DNA from: Octopus sinensis | Lineage: Eukaryota | Reading direction: 5' to 3' | DNA length: 64,000 bases | Assembly (NCBI RefSeq): GCF_006345805.1 | Contig: NC_043008.1 | Span: forward strand, 25,854,001 to 25,918,000 | Shown here: in pieces, positions 53,150-64,000 of the stretch | How the letters are laid out: each line of letters opens with the position of its first letter | How positions within the stretch are numbered: position 1 is the first letter of the stretch | Position numbers and translations under genes: made by a program | The notes under the pieces: model-generated | Databases searched by the model: none | What the model was told of the DNA's origin: nothing | Seen by the model: the letters and a program-made list of their open reading frames with translations, nothing else

Positions 53150-54410
53150 AAGATGTTTGAAGTCTAAGAACATGTTTCTAATGTAATGCAAGCATTTCAC
53201 TGTTAGTGAACTAAATTTATAGAGGACATTACTGGAATAGAGTAATGCAAGTTTGATTATGCTCCAGGTAGGTTAGAATACTTTTTGCTTTTTTAATTCC
53301 CTAATTTTTTCCATGAGTGAAAGTTATGAGAAGGATTATAAAATCTTTACTTCAATTCTCAAGCTGTTGAACTGATATTGGTAAATGTGGTCTGATTAGA
53401 TTGTATGTCACTTCTATAGATAATAATTATAGTGAGGTATAAATTATTAAGTGCACGTAGGAGTCTATTTTGACAGTTACATAACTTATGAGACCTATGA
53501 ACACCAGTATTCTCTGTGTTGCTAGTAGGAATATTAAAATGTTCATGCGCAGTTTACAGAGTAATAATTATTGTTAGTCCTATTAGAATCACTTGTATTA
53601 TCAAGGTTTACACAAGTGTCAACAGAGTTGGTGATATTTATAATAGGACTGACATTGCAAGGTTAATTCTTGATGCTGTTGCATGGATTGTTAATATTGT
53701 CATCAGTAATTATCATAATTTATGTTATTTATATAATCATCACCTCCACTGATGCTACACCAATCGGTTTCACTCTTATCTAAGTCAAAATTCATGTTGT
53801 TATAGTTACTGTCCACATAAGTGCCACCTCTATTATAGCTTGTGCAACTGTCAAAAGAGTTGGAGTTTGAAGCAGTCAACTGGCGGTCATTATCAGAAGT
53901 TGTTGCTGACAATTGCGACTTATCACCCCGCTGCTGTTACTGCTATTGTTGTCATCATTGGGGTTGTAATTACGATTGTCATTATTAGAAATTATTACTA
54001 TTTAGATTGTAACAAGTAAAGCTGTTAATATTATTCTTTTTAATATCTGTTATAATGTTTGCTAAATTAGGTAAAGATGAGAAAGAAATTCTTATTTTAC
54101 ATTTATTAAAAAGATGGTGATATTTACTAAATAGAGGGAAATTCTTCTATAAAGCAGTAAGCAATTCCTTGAATAATTGCATAATCATATTATTAGACCA
54201 AAGTAGATTAAACCATATTATGTCATCAATGCATGACTTCCACCGACTATTTGGTGTGTGATAACTAAATATGCATGTTGTAGTGGGACTATTTGAACTA
54301 TCAGTATTGTTAACATTATTCTTAGTGTTATTAATTTTATTATGCCGGTCACAACCATTATTACCATTACTATAAATTATATTGGTGTTCACAATATCAA
54401 TTATAGTCAA
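53150..54410 (-). mobile_element. Penelope-like remnant with a long low-complexity linker and GIY-YIG region
   Basis: IIWFNLLWSNN, NFPLFSKYHHLFNKCKIRISFSSLPNLANII, then LCNCQNRL..IIYRSDIQ..ELK*RFYN. Confidence 0.75.
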
Positions 54411-54524
54411 TATAATTCAGTACAGGTCCAACAGTATTACAGTTACTTTGACATTTGTTGATTTTTTTCAATAACCTAATTATTTTTTGCGTTATTACTA
54501 TTATTCTTATTTTTATAAGTACTA

Positions 54525-54895
54525 TTCTTCTTCTTCTTGCCTTTTGCACAGCTTCTATCGCTGGAGATGTACTACAGTGTCAGCTGTTCACTACCACTGA
54601 ACTAAGGTAACACCTCTTATTTTTTGAGCACCTTCCAGAGTATTCGAGCGGTCCTAGGCAGTGCCGTTTTCTGCAAGTGCACCACCCTTATTGCAGCCCC
54701 TATTTCTTCCCCGTACTTCTCAAGATTTTTGGTCACTGTTCTCAGGGCTCCAACACTTATTGGTACTACTGCTAACTTTTTCATCGACCACAACAGCTTA
54801 ACTTCCCAAGCTAACCTGTCATATCTCTCAACTTTCCTTTCTTCCTTATCGCATACCGTGTTGTCAGCTGGGCATGCTATATCTATGATCTAGCA
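54525..54895 (-). mobile_element. R4/Dong-type LINE 3' end (restriction-like endonuclease domain and 3' UTR)
   Basis: Stop-free IIDIACPADNTVCDKEERKVERYDRLAWEVKLLW..VVPISVGAL..LQKTALPRTARILWKVLKK*, ending in an (AAG)n/(AAT)n tract. Confidence 0.85.
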
Positions 54896-55019
54896 TAGTT
54901 TGTTTTCTTTCCTTTCTTCTTCTTCTTCTTCTTCTTCTTCTTCTTCACCACATCATTATCATTATTATTATCATCATCATCATCATGATTATTACTATTA
55001 TTATTATTATTATTATTAT

Positions 55020-55215
55020 TTGGCAAGCTGGCAGAATTGTTAGGATGCCGGGCAAATTGCTTAGCAGTATTTTGCCTGTGTTGTCTGAGTTCACATTCCA
55101 CCAAGGTCAACTTTGTCTTTTATTTTTTTGTGGATAATAAATTAAGTACCAGTGAAACCCTGTGGTCAATGTAATCAACTAAGCCTCTCTCCACAAATTT
55201 CAGACCTTGTGCCTT
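55020..55215 (+). mobile_element. SINE family B, degenerate
   Basis: GGCAAGCTGGCAGAATTGTTAG..TGAGTTCACATT..AAGGTCAACTTTG..ATTAAGTACCAG. Confidence 0.75.
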
Positions 55216-55761
55216 TAGTAGAAAGGATTATTATTATTAACACTACCTTTAATAGGACAATCAACATTGCTCAAGTTCTTAATCTGGGAGCCCACATCAT
55301 TAAAGTTATGATTTGTATTATTATTCAAATACAGTTTTTCTTATGATGTGTAACTATGTTCCAATCACATTACTTTAAGGCTCTAGTTTTAAAAAAAACT
55401 TCCTCAGTTAAATGCGGTGCTCCAGCATGGCTGCAGTCAAATGACTGAAACAAGTAAAAGAGTATAAAAGAGTTTCTTCCTAGTCCTCTCTGTACATACT
55501 TAACTATTGCTAGGAATAATAAACACTGAATTTTCCCAATAACAGACATATATATGTGTATGTGTGTATATACATATATATATATATTATATATATATAT
55601 ATATATATATTGATAAAACGGTAAGATAACAAAAGAAAGAAAGAGACCTCAATATTATGTAAATAGAGGAAATTTATCTATACAATATGTTACATTACTC
55701 GGTAGTCAAGATAAAACTCTGAGTTTCAGATGCCGAAGTGGAAATCCACAACACCATCTCT

Positions 55762-57304
55762 AATTGTAGGCTTATCAACCCAGCCAAGTCAGAACTAGGG
55801 ATTATTAGCAAAGAAATTTTAGATAAAATAAATACGAAAATTAAGACCGATACTAGGCTAGTGCAATGATCCAATAGTATAGAAGTTGTAGACTGGTTTA
55901 AAGCTATTAAGAATAAGAAAAAAGCGAGGTTTACACAATTCGATATTGTTGATTTTTATGCCTCTATCTCTAAAGAACTGCTAGATAAAGCCCTAATCTT
56001 CGCTAGTGACTTCATAGAAATTAGTACCAATGATAAGGATATAATCTTCCATGCTAGAAAGACATTACTTTTCAGTGAGAATGCAAAGTGGGTAAAAAAC
56101 ACCGACACGGAGGGCGCTTTCGATGTGAGCATGGGTTCATATGATGGGGCAGGCATCTGTGATCTAATTGGACTCTTTCTCCTAGATACCTTCGGTAAGA
56201 CATTCCCTAACGTACATTTCGCCATCTACAAAGATGATGCCCTCGCCTTAACAGCTAATACAAATGGACCAGCACAAGATCGTTTTAGGAAGGATATTAT
56301 CCAGTTAATGAAATACTTCGGACTTAGTATAACTATAGACACTAACCTGACGGTGGTCAATTTCTTAGACGTTTCCTTAGATCTTAATAATAATATTTAT
56401 AAGCCTTATAGGAAGCCCAATGATAGACTAAGTTATATTAATGTAGGTTCATGCCATCCCCCTATAGTATTCAAAAATTTAGTTAAAAATATTAGTAAGA
56501 GGATTTCTAGCCTCTCATCTAATGAGGACATCTTCAATAGCGTTGCCCCAGTTTATAATAAAGCTTTAAAAGATAGTGGTTTTAGCGAAAAAATAAAATA
56601 TACACCTATCACTAGCCCAACAGTAAGGAACAGGAATAATAGAAATAGGAAGGTCATCTGGTTTACGCCCCCTTACTCACCCGAGGTGGCCTTCAATATA
56701 GGTAAATATTCCTAGCACTGATAGATAGACATTTTCCAGTTAACCATGCTTATAGGAAACTCTTCAATAGACACAATTTAAAATTAGTTTTAGTTCAACT
56801 ACCAATTTTAAAAACATAATCAATCATAACATACAAAAAACACAAGAAGAAAACAGCTGTTCATGCAGGAATAAAGAATTGTGCCCGCTAAATGGAGCTT
56901 GCATGTCCAAGACCATCATATATGAAGCTACCCTAAACTCTATAACCACTAAAGACACCGTTTCGACGAAGAAATACGTGGGCCTTACAGAGGGTAATTT
57001 CAAGGCCAGGTTCAATAACCACACTTTGAGCTTTAGGCACTGGAACAAAAGAAAAACGACACAATTATCCAATCATATTTGGTCTTTAAGAGATAAAGGT
57101 GTCGATTATAACATACAATGGAAGATTTTGGCCAGATGTAAGCCCTATACTAACGGCAGCGGAAGGTGCGGTTTATGCGACATGGAGAGATGGCTTATCT
57201 GGAAAAGCAGCTTAGACCCTACCACAAGGACAGAGCTTTTCGGATCATGCCCACATGTGACTAAATTTCTGTTACGTTTTTGGTCCCCTAAAGAAAACGG
57301 ATAG
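55762..57304 (+). pseudogene. PLE reverse transcriptase-GIY-YIG ORF with one premature TGA and two frameshifts
   Basis: RLINPAKSELG, FDIVDFY, MGSYDGA, YKDD, VNFLDV, HPP, VIWFTPPYS; CSC..CPLNGAC..IIYEA..KYVGLTEGNFKARFNNH..RCGLC..CPH; TGA at 55867-55869; frameshifts near 56710 and 56780. Confidence 0.92.
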
Positions 57305-57488
57305 AACATGCTTTCTGTGTTATATCCCAAGAAGAATTTATATATTTTTATATATTTTTATGTATTTTTATATAATTTTTATGACGAAAAATGCGAGCGA
57401 TGTATAAGTACGCAGGCAAAGCAGAGTTATAACAGAGTAATTTCCCTTCATTTTTAACGGTATTTTTTCATAACGTTTTCAAATAGCC

Positions 57489-57551
57489 AGATAACCGAAG
57501 AGATGGTGTTGTGGATTTCCACTTCGGCATCTGAAACTCAGAGTTTTATCT
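57489..57551 (+). ncRNA. Variant type I hammerhead-like motif in the PLE 3' pseudo-LTR
   Basis: AGATAA-CCGAAGA-GATG..CATC-T-GAAAC-TC-A-GA-GTT-TTATCT; 6-bp stem I and palindromic stem III, but U4 reads C and there is an extra U before GAAA. Confidence 0.5.
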
Positions 57552-57573
57552 TGACTACCGAGTAATGTAACAT

Positions 57574-57581
<8 letters not shown>

Positions 57582-57648
<67 letters not shown>
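57582..57648. repeat. (TA)n microsatellite
   Basis: Direct reading. Confidence 0.95.
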
Positions 57649-57650
<2 letters not shown>

Positions 57651-57769
57651 ATAATGAAACGAATGGTTTACACTTAGTAGCTTACTGGAAAAGCAGTCAC
57701 TTTCAGAGTGATCATTAGATATACATCAAATGAAAGACAGACGATGGAATATATGAGAATTTATTATTA

Positions 57770-57875
57770 ATCACCACAATTATTTCGACACATCTAGCCT
57801 TGATTCCTCTTGGGTGGGACACTCAACAACTGGTTCAGAAGCATCCAGTGGTGCAGATGTATCTCTTTGGGTGAT
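57770..57875 (-). ncRNA. Degenerate hammerhead motif (left arm)
   Basis: ATCAC-CCAAAGA-GATACATCT..AGATGTGTC-GAAAT-AATT-GTG-GTGAT; core mutated relative to the right-arm copy. Confidence 0.55.
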
Positions 57876-58591
57876 AAATAAATACAACTTGTTAAAATGA
57901 CTGTTCCACAATGTACTTTCAGTTTTGTAGAGAGAAAAGCAGCCAGATGGAGGAAATATCTTCATTTATATAGAAGATCAAAAATAAAATCACAGATGCA
58001 AAAAAGAAATGAACATGCAAACCAGCAAGAAAAGTATTAAAAATACTGTTAACAAATATGGATGTATAAATGCCCTCATGCAAGCTGCTTGGTGGGAGTA
58101 CACTCACTCATACAAGCATGTGCAAAAATGTGAGCATACGCACACGTGAGGTTTGGTGCACCCATGATCACAAAGCGAGTTATTTATCAACCTGGGGTTT
58201 ATAAGAATGGGGAGGTTAAAAGTCATCCATACCTTAAAGTAAATTAAGTTAAGTTAATGGTTACTCAAAATTCATTCTCACTGCATTGTGCAAAAGTACA
58301 TTTATATGCATGAAGGCTTCTTGAGAGTTGTTCAGAAATTCTATTAATCATCTTCTTGTTAGTGCACAGAATAGACAGCGATTCCTCGGAGCAGAGATGG
58401 CATCTCCTGGAAATTATATTGTCTTGTTTTGCATACCTTAGTATGGATCAATTAATGCTGTACTTCGTTTTATCCTTCTTCAGTCGCTATACAAAATCTT
58501 CCAAAGATATTTCCTCCATCTTGCTGCTTTTCTCTCTACAAAACTGAAAGTTACATTGCGGAACAATCATTTTAATGAGTTGTATTTATTC

Positions 58592-58696
58592 ATCACCTGA
58601 CGAGATACATCTACACTACCAGATGCTCCTGAACCACTTGTTGAATGTCTCACCCAAGAGGAATCAATGTTAGATATGTCGAAACAATTTCGTGAT
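58592..58696 (+). ncRNA. Type I hammerhead motif with a long stem II (right arm)
   Basis: ATCAC-CTGACGA-GATACATCTA..TAGATATGTC-GAAAC-AATT-(G missing)TC-GTGAT; 5-bp stem I and palindromic AAUU loop III. Confidence 0.72.
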
Positions 58697-58772
58697 TAAT
58701 AATAAATTCTCGTATATTCCATCTTCTGTCTTTCATTTGCTATATATGTGTTTATATATGTATATATATGTC

Positions 58773-59962
58773 CTCGCTCCTACATTGTTTGGCATCTTCT
58801 TCTCGCTCTTACTTTCACATGCCTTTCAGACATCAGATGATGGAGTGTTTCTGCACAGTAGAAGTGACGGGAAACTGTTCAATCTCTTGCGCCTGCGTGC
58901 CAAGACCAAAATCAGAAACGTCCTGATCAAGGAGATGTTATTTGCTGATGATGCTGCTCTGGTAACACACACAGAAGAAGCCTTCCAAAGGCTCATTAAC
59001 TGTTTTGAGCAAGCATGTAACGACTTTGGCTTAGCTATCAGCCTTAAGAAGACCAACATCATGGGCCAGGCTACATCGGACATCCCAAACATACATATTG
59101 GAGACCACAGATTACAAGAGGTGGAGAAGTTTACCTATCTGGGCTCTACCGTCACCTACAACCTATCCCTTGACGCTGAGCTCAATATATGCATTGGCAA
59201 GGCAGCTGCTGCGATGGCCCAACTCTCCAAATGGGCTTGGGACAACAATAAGCTGACCAAGACCACGATAATGAAGATCTACCAGGCATGTGTACTCAGC
59301 ACTCTACTGTATGGAAGTGAGACCTGGACGCTATACACACGCCAAGAGTGTCGCCTAAACATCTTTCACCTGCGCTGCCTCCGAAAAATCCTCCACATCA
59401 AATGGCAGAATCATATCCCCAACAAAGATGTCCTCAGGCAAGCAGGAATACCAAGCATGTTTGCACTCCTCACACAAAGACGTATGAGATGGCTTGGGCA
59501 TGTTAGCCGTATGAAAGATGGCAGAATCCCCAAGGACATACTCTACGGAGAGCTTGCTAGGGGTACTAGGTCTGTGGGTAGACCGATCTTACGTTACAAG
59601 GATGTTTGCAAAAGGGACATGAAGGCCTGCAACATCAATATTAGCGGTTGGGAGGCAGTTGCCGGCAACCGTGGAGAATGGCGACGTACTGTAAAAGAGG
59701 GAATACAAAGGAGTGACAGAGAGAGAGAGGAGAAAGGGAAAGAAAGAACAGACGTCAACAAGAAACTATGGCATTGCAACCAGCCAGGAACAGTCTTCGC
59801 TACATTTGCGGTACCTGCCAGAGGGAGTGTTTGTCCAGGATAGGACTACACAGCCACAGCAGAAAATGTATCAGGACATGAAATATAAAAGCCGGACTAG
59901 ACTACTTTATGCGCAACTCCATTGTCTCCCAAGACAGAAAGGATGCCAATACCAATACCAAT
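58773..59962 (+). mobile_element. 5'-truncated RTE (BovB-like) LINE with a largely intact RT C-terminal region
   Basis: VLAPTLFGIFFS, MLFADDAAL, FGLAISLKKT, FTYLGS, LLYGSETWT, RWLGHVSRM, RYKDVCKRDM; 3' tail GACAGAAAGGATGCC(AATACC)n. Confidence 0.95.
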
Positions 59963-59990
59963 GTATATATATACATACATATATATATAT

Positions 59991-61986
59991 TTTTTTACAT
60001 AAGTTATTTCTATGGTAACGTAATTTTGTTTTGATTTTTTTAACGGCTAAGAATTTAATTTCACTTCATAATTTGACACTGAATTGTAAGTATGTATTTT
60101 ATTTATCCTTATGTCATATTGTTATTTTTGATATTCTGGTTAATTACGATGTATTTAATGTTGTTTTTCATAGGTGTGTTTATCTATATGAGATTGTGTG
60201 CGAGTTTTTAGTTGTTTAATTTATTTATCTGTATGAGTGTGGGTGTGTAAATATTGTTGTATATATCGAGTTTAGTGAGTATGTATATGCGTATATGTGA
60301 GGGAGTATATGTATCTGTTGTGTGTGTGTGTGTGTTTTGCGTGTGTGTGTGTTTGTGTGTGAATGTGTATATGGGTTTGTTAGTTAGGTTTTGGGATGTA
60401 TGTGTTAATTTGTCTGTGTGGGAGGGAGTGGGTTTTGGTGTATATTGAGGTTTATAAGTTAGTATAGGTATGTGTATAAGTCGTGGGTCTGTGGTTTACG
60501 AGTGTGTATTTGTGTGTGAATGTTTAGGTTAGGGAGATTGCTATATAGGTTTGTTATAGAGTTTAGCAAAGGGAGATTTATCGTTATATGTTTTTAGGAG
60601 TTTTGGTTTATCATGGTTTTTTTTAGGGAATTCGTGGTAATTTGTCTATTTTCGATGTTGGTTGTTTTATTACATTGTTTCATTCATAATTTTTGAGTGG
60701 TGTTCGTTTTGCCACGTGAATAACCGGGAGGTGGACTAGCGTTGTTTGGAATTGTGAATGGAATAGTTGTAGTAGTGAGGTAGGCATAGAGAATGGTTTG
60801 GGTTACTGCAAGTTGTTTGTTAGTCTTTTTTTACATAAGTTATTTCTATGGTAACGTAATTTTGTTTTGATTTTTTTAACGGCTAAGAATTTAATTTCAC
60901 TTCATAATTGACACTGAATTGTATGTATGTATTTTATTTACCTTTATGTCATATTGTTTATTTTTGATATTCTGGTTAATTACGATGTATTTAATGTTGT
61001 TTTTCATAGGTGTGTTTATCTATATGAGATTGTGTGCGAGTTTTTAGTTGTTTAATTTATTTATCTGTATGAGTGTGGGTGTGTAAATATTGTTGTATAT
61101 ATCGAGTTTAGTGAGTATGTATATGCGTATATGTGAGGGAGTATATGTATCTGTTGTTTGTGTGTGTGTGTTTTGCGTGTGTGTGTGTTTGTGTGTGAAT
61201 GTGTATATGGGTTTGTTAGTTAGGTTTTGGGATGTATGTGTTAATTTCTTGTGTGGGAGGGAGTGGGTTTTGGTGTATATTGAGGTTTATAGTTAGTATA
61301 GGTATGTGTATAAGTCGTGGGTCTGTGGTTTACGAGTGTGTATTTGTGTGTGAATGTTTAGGTTAGGGAGATTGCTATATAGGTTTGTTATAGAGTTTAG
61401 CAAAGGGAGATTTTATCGTTATATGTTTTTAGGAGTTTTGGTTTATCATGTTTTTTTTAGGAATTCGTGGTAATTTGTCTATTTTCGATGTTGGTTGTTT
61501 TATTACATTGTTTCATTCATAATTTTTGAGTGGTTTCGTTTTGCCACGTGAATACCGGGAGGTGGACTAGCGTTGTTTGGAATTGTGAATGGAATAGTGT
61601 AGTAGTGTGAGGTAGGCATAGAGAATGGGTTTGGGTTACTGCAAGTTGTTTGTTAGTCTTTTTTTACATAAGTTATTTCTATGGTAACGTAATTTTGGTT
61701 TGATTTTTTAACGGCTAAGAATTTAATTTCACTTCATAAATGACACTGAATTGTATGTATGTATTTTATTTACCTTTATGTCATATTGTTATTTTTGATA
61801 TTCTGGTTATTACGATGTATTTAATGTTGTTTTCATAGGAGTGTTTATGTATATGAGATTGTGTGCGAGTTTTTAGTTGTATAATTTATTTATCTGTATG
61901 AGTGTGGGTGTGTAAATATGTTGTATATATTGAGTTTAGTGAGTATGTATATGTAGTATATGAGGGAGTAGTATATGTATCTGTTG

Positions 61987-62019
<33 letters not shown>

Positions 62020-62387
62020 TTGTGTGTGAATGTGTATATGGGTTTGTTTTTTAGGTTTTGGGATGTATGAGTTAATTTGTCTGTGTGGGAGGGAGTGGGG
62101 TTTTGTTGTATATGGAGGTTTATAAGTTAGTTTAGGTATGTGTATAAGTCGTGGGTCTGTGGTTTACGTGTGTGTTTGTGTGTGAATGTTTAGGTTAGGG
62201 GGATTACTATATAGGTTTGTTATAGAGTTTAGCAAAGGGAGATTTTATCGTTATATGTTTTTTAAGAGTTTTTGTTTATCATGGTTTTTTTAGGAATTCG
62301 TAGTAATTTGTCTATTTTCGATGTTAGTTGTTTTATTATATTGTTTCATTCATAATTTTTGAGTGGTGTTCGTTTTGCCACGTGAAT
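59991..62387. repeat. Tandem array of ~835-bp G/T-skewed units (about 2.9 copies)
   Basis: TTACATAAGTTATTTCTATGG recurs at ~59995, ~60831 and ~61664 (periods 836 and 833). Confidence 0.95.
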
Positions 62388-63150
62388 TTTATTTTTAATT
62401 CCATTTATTCCATTTCTCCATTCATTAATTTAGAGATGTTCGTTTCCAGAGCGGTTATACTTTTTATATATATGTTAAGTTCCTTGGTAAAGTAATTTTG
62501 TTTGGTGATATGTTGGAGGCTTATATTACTTCTGGGTGTGTGTGAGGGGGTGGGAGTTTTGTATTTGTTATGGGTGTGTGGTTTACGAGTAGTTTTGTGT
62601 GTGAATGTATAGGTTAAAGGAATTGCTATATAAGTATGTTTTAGTGTTTAGTAAAGGGAGGTTTTATCATTTCTGTTTTGTGAGTTTTAGTTATCATGGT
62701 AGTTTTATAAAAGAATCCATTCATAATTTTTGTGTTTATTTGTCTGTGTGGGGTTGAGTGGGTTTTTGGAGTATATGTTGAGGTTTATATGTATGTATTG
62801 GTATGTGTAAGTGGTTGTGGGTATTTGTATATGTCGTGGGTGTGTGGTTTACGTGTGTATTTGTGTGTTGTGTTGAATGTTTAGGTTAGGGGGATTGCTA
62901 TATAGGTTTGTTATAGAGTTTAGTAAAGGGAGATTTTATCATTTATGTTTTTTGAGTTTTGGTTATCAGGTAGGTTTTTGATAAGGAATTTGTTAATTGG
63001 TGTCTATTTGCGATGTCTGTTGTTTTATTGCATTGTTTCATTCATAATTTTTAAGTAGTGTTGTTTTACCAAGTGAATATAATTTTTAATTCCATTTATT
63101 CCATTTCTCCGTTCATAGTTTTGAGTGATGTCCGTTTTCTAGAGCGTGAA
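62388..63150. repeat. Older diverged duplications of part of the array unit
   Basis: Block GAATG..TAGGTTA..GATTGCTATATA..AGTTTAG..AAAGGGAG recurs at ~62600 and ~62875; AATTCCATTTATTCCATTTCTCC occurs at ~62398 and ~63088. Confidence 0.85.
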
Positions 63151-63590
63151 TGTGGGTTGTATGTGTGTGTTGTGTGGGAGTATGAATAAGTATGTGTTGA
63201 AGTATTTAGCTATTTTATTTATTTATAGTTGCCTAGACATTTTTATGTGTATGTATAGGGATATATATATAGGTTGTGATTTAGTGTATGTAGTTAGATA
63301 TGGTTATATATAATTAGGTATATGCGTATGGGTGTATATATAGTTTTTATTATTATATTATTATTATTTTTTGTTTTGTTTTATTTTTATATTTTATATT
63401 TTATATTTTATATTTTAATTTAATTGTTGATAGGTTTTTTTGTTTATATATTGTTTATATATTGTTTATTATATATGGATTATAGATAGGTTATATATGG
63501 ATTATATACTTATATTTTTTCATTCATACTTTAATTATTTTAAAATTATTATTTTTATATTTTAAAATATTGATTTTTTAGATTGGAAGT

Positions 63591-63631
63591 CCACCTGAAG
63601 ATTGTCGATCAAGACAAAACGATTGTAGTGG
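63591..63631 (+). ncRNA. Degenerate minimal type I hammerhead motif
   Basis: CCAC-CTGAAGA-TTGTC-GATCAA-GAC-AAAAC-GATT-GTA-GTGG; a single G-to-A change at 63616 (CpG-type) would restore GAAAC; stem II register is ambiguous. Confidence 0.55.
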
Positions 63632-63799
63632 CGGTTTTTTTTGACTATTTATTAAAATTTTATGTATTAATTAAGTCTTTCCTTGTTTGTTTTGCAAAAT
63701 AGTGGTTTTGTCTCGAATAATATTTTATAATATTTTACTATAAAATCGATTTAATCCTAAATCTGATTTTTTCCCTGTAATTTGGATTTATTCCCTAAT

Positions 63800-63926
63800 A
63801 TTTATTATATATATCTATATATAATATATATATATTATAATATATATATATATATATTTTATATATATATTTATATATATTATATATATATATATATATA
63901 TCTAATATATATTATTTATATATATA

Positions 63927-63984
<58 letters not shown>

Positions 63985-63985
63985 G
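63800..63985. repeat. Degenerate (TA)n tract
   Basis: Direct reading. Confidence 0.9.
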
Positions 63986-64000
63986 TATGTTGTGTGCACA

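Larger units (their letters stand above)
55612..57581 (+). mobile_element. 5'-truncated Penelope-like element with an inverted 5' pseudo-LTR, inserted in (TA)n
   Basis: RT and GIY-YIG coding region; 55679-55760 is the exact reverse complement of 57500-57581 (82 bp); (TA)n on both sides. Confidence 0.93.
57727..58739. mobile_element. 1013-bp palindromic unit with 236-bp diverged inverted arms derived from a PLE pLTR/EN junction
   Basis: 57727-57962 is approximately the reverse complement of 58504-58739; the minus strand of 58310-58500 encodes RLKKDKTKYSIN*SILRYAK..RRCHLCSEE..NRISE (GIY-YIG C-terminus). Confidence 0.8.

Noticed and set aside
55867-55869. In-frame TGA in the PLE RT as a selenocysteine codon
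   Set aside because: It falls at a position expected to be Trp (Q-W-x-N..VxDWF), not Cys; the ORF also has frameshifts, and I saw no SECIS-like element.
58692-58772. N-terminus of the 383-aa ORF as a real protein start
   Set aside because: It derives from the palindrome arm and a TA-rich spacer; RT homology begins only at VLAPTLF, so the LINE is 5'-truncated.
59991-63150. Mitochondrial control-region insertion (NUMT) or CRISPR-like array
   Set aside because: No mitochondrial genes or tRNAs flank it and there is no short repeat-spacer structure; the units are ~835-bp whole-unit duplications.

Overview
This window is AT-rich, microsatellite-rich eukaryotic DNA. The abundant tRNA-derived SINE families match those I recognise from octopod cephalopods, so an Octopus-like origin is inferred but not proven. 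I found no intact host protein-coding gene, rRNA, true tRNA or CRISPR array; most ORFs in the supplied track are microsatellite or antisense artefacts. The sequence is mostly decayed transposons: a Gypsy integrase remnant, RTE-clade LINEs, R4/Dong-type fragments, mariner, maT (DD37D), hAT and Chapaev3-like DNA transposon remnants, many SINEs, and about nine Penelope-like element (PLE) fragments. The most interesting signal is a set of type I hammerhead ribozyme (HHR) motifs in several arrangements tied to the PLE material. (1) An HHR with an intact core lies downstream of a PLE endonuclease (28853-28936, minus). (2) A 357-bp retrozyme-like unit has a 64-bp terminal direct repeat (37151-37571). 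(3) A young PLE carries a perfect 82-bp inverted terminal repeat and a variant HHR (55612-57581). (4) A 1013-bp palindromic unit has outward-facing HHRs in both 236-bp arms (57727-58739). (5) A degenerate HHR lies beyond an ~835-bp G/T-skewed tandem array (59991-63631). All ribozyme calls come from manual motif and base-pairing inspection and need covariance-model and experimental checks.
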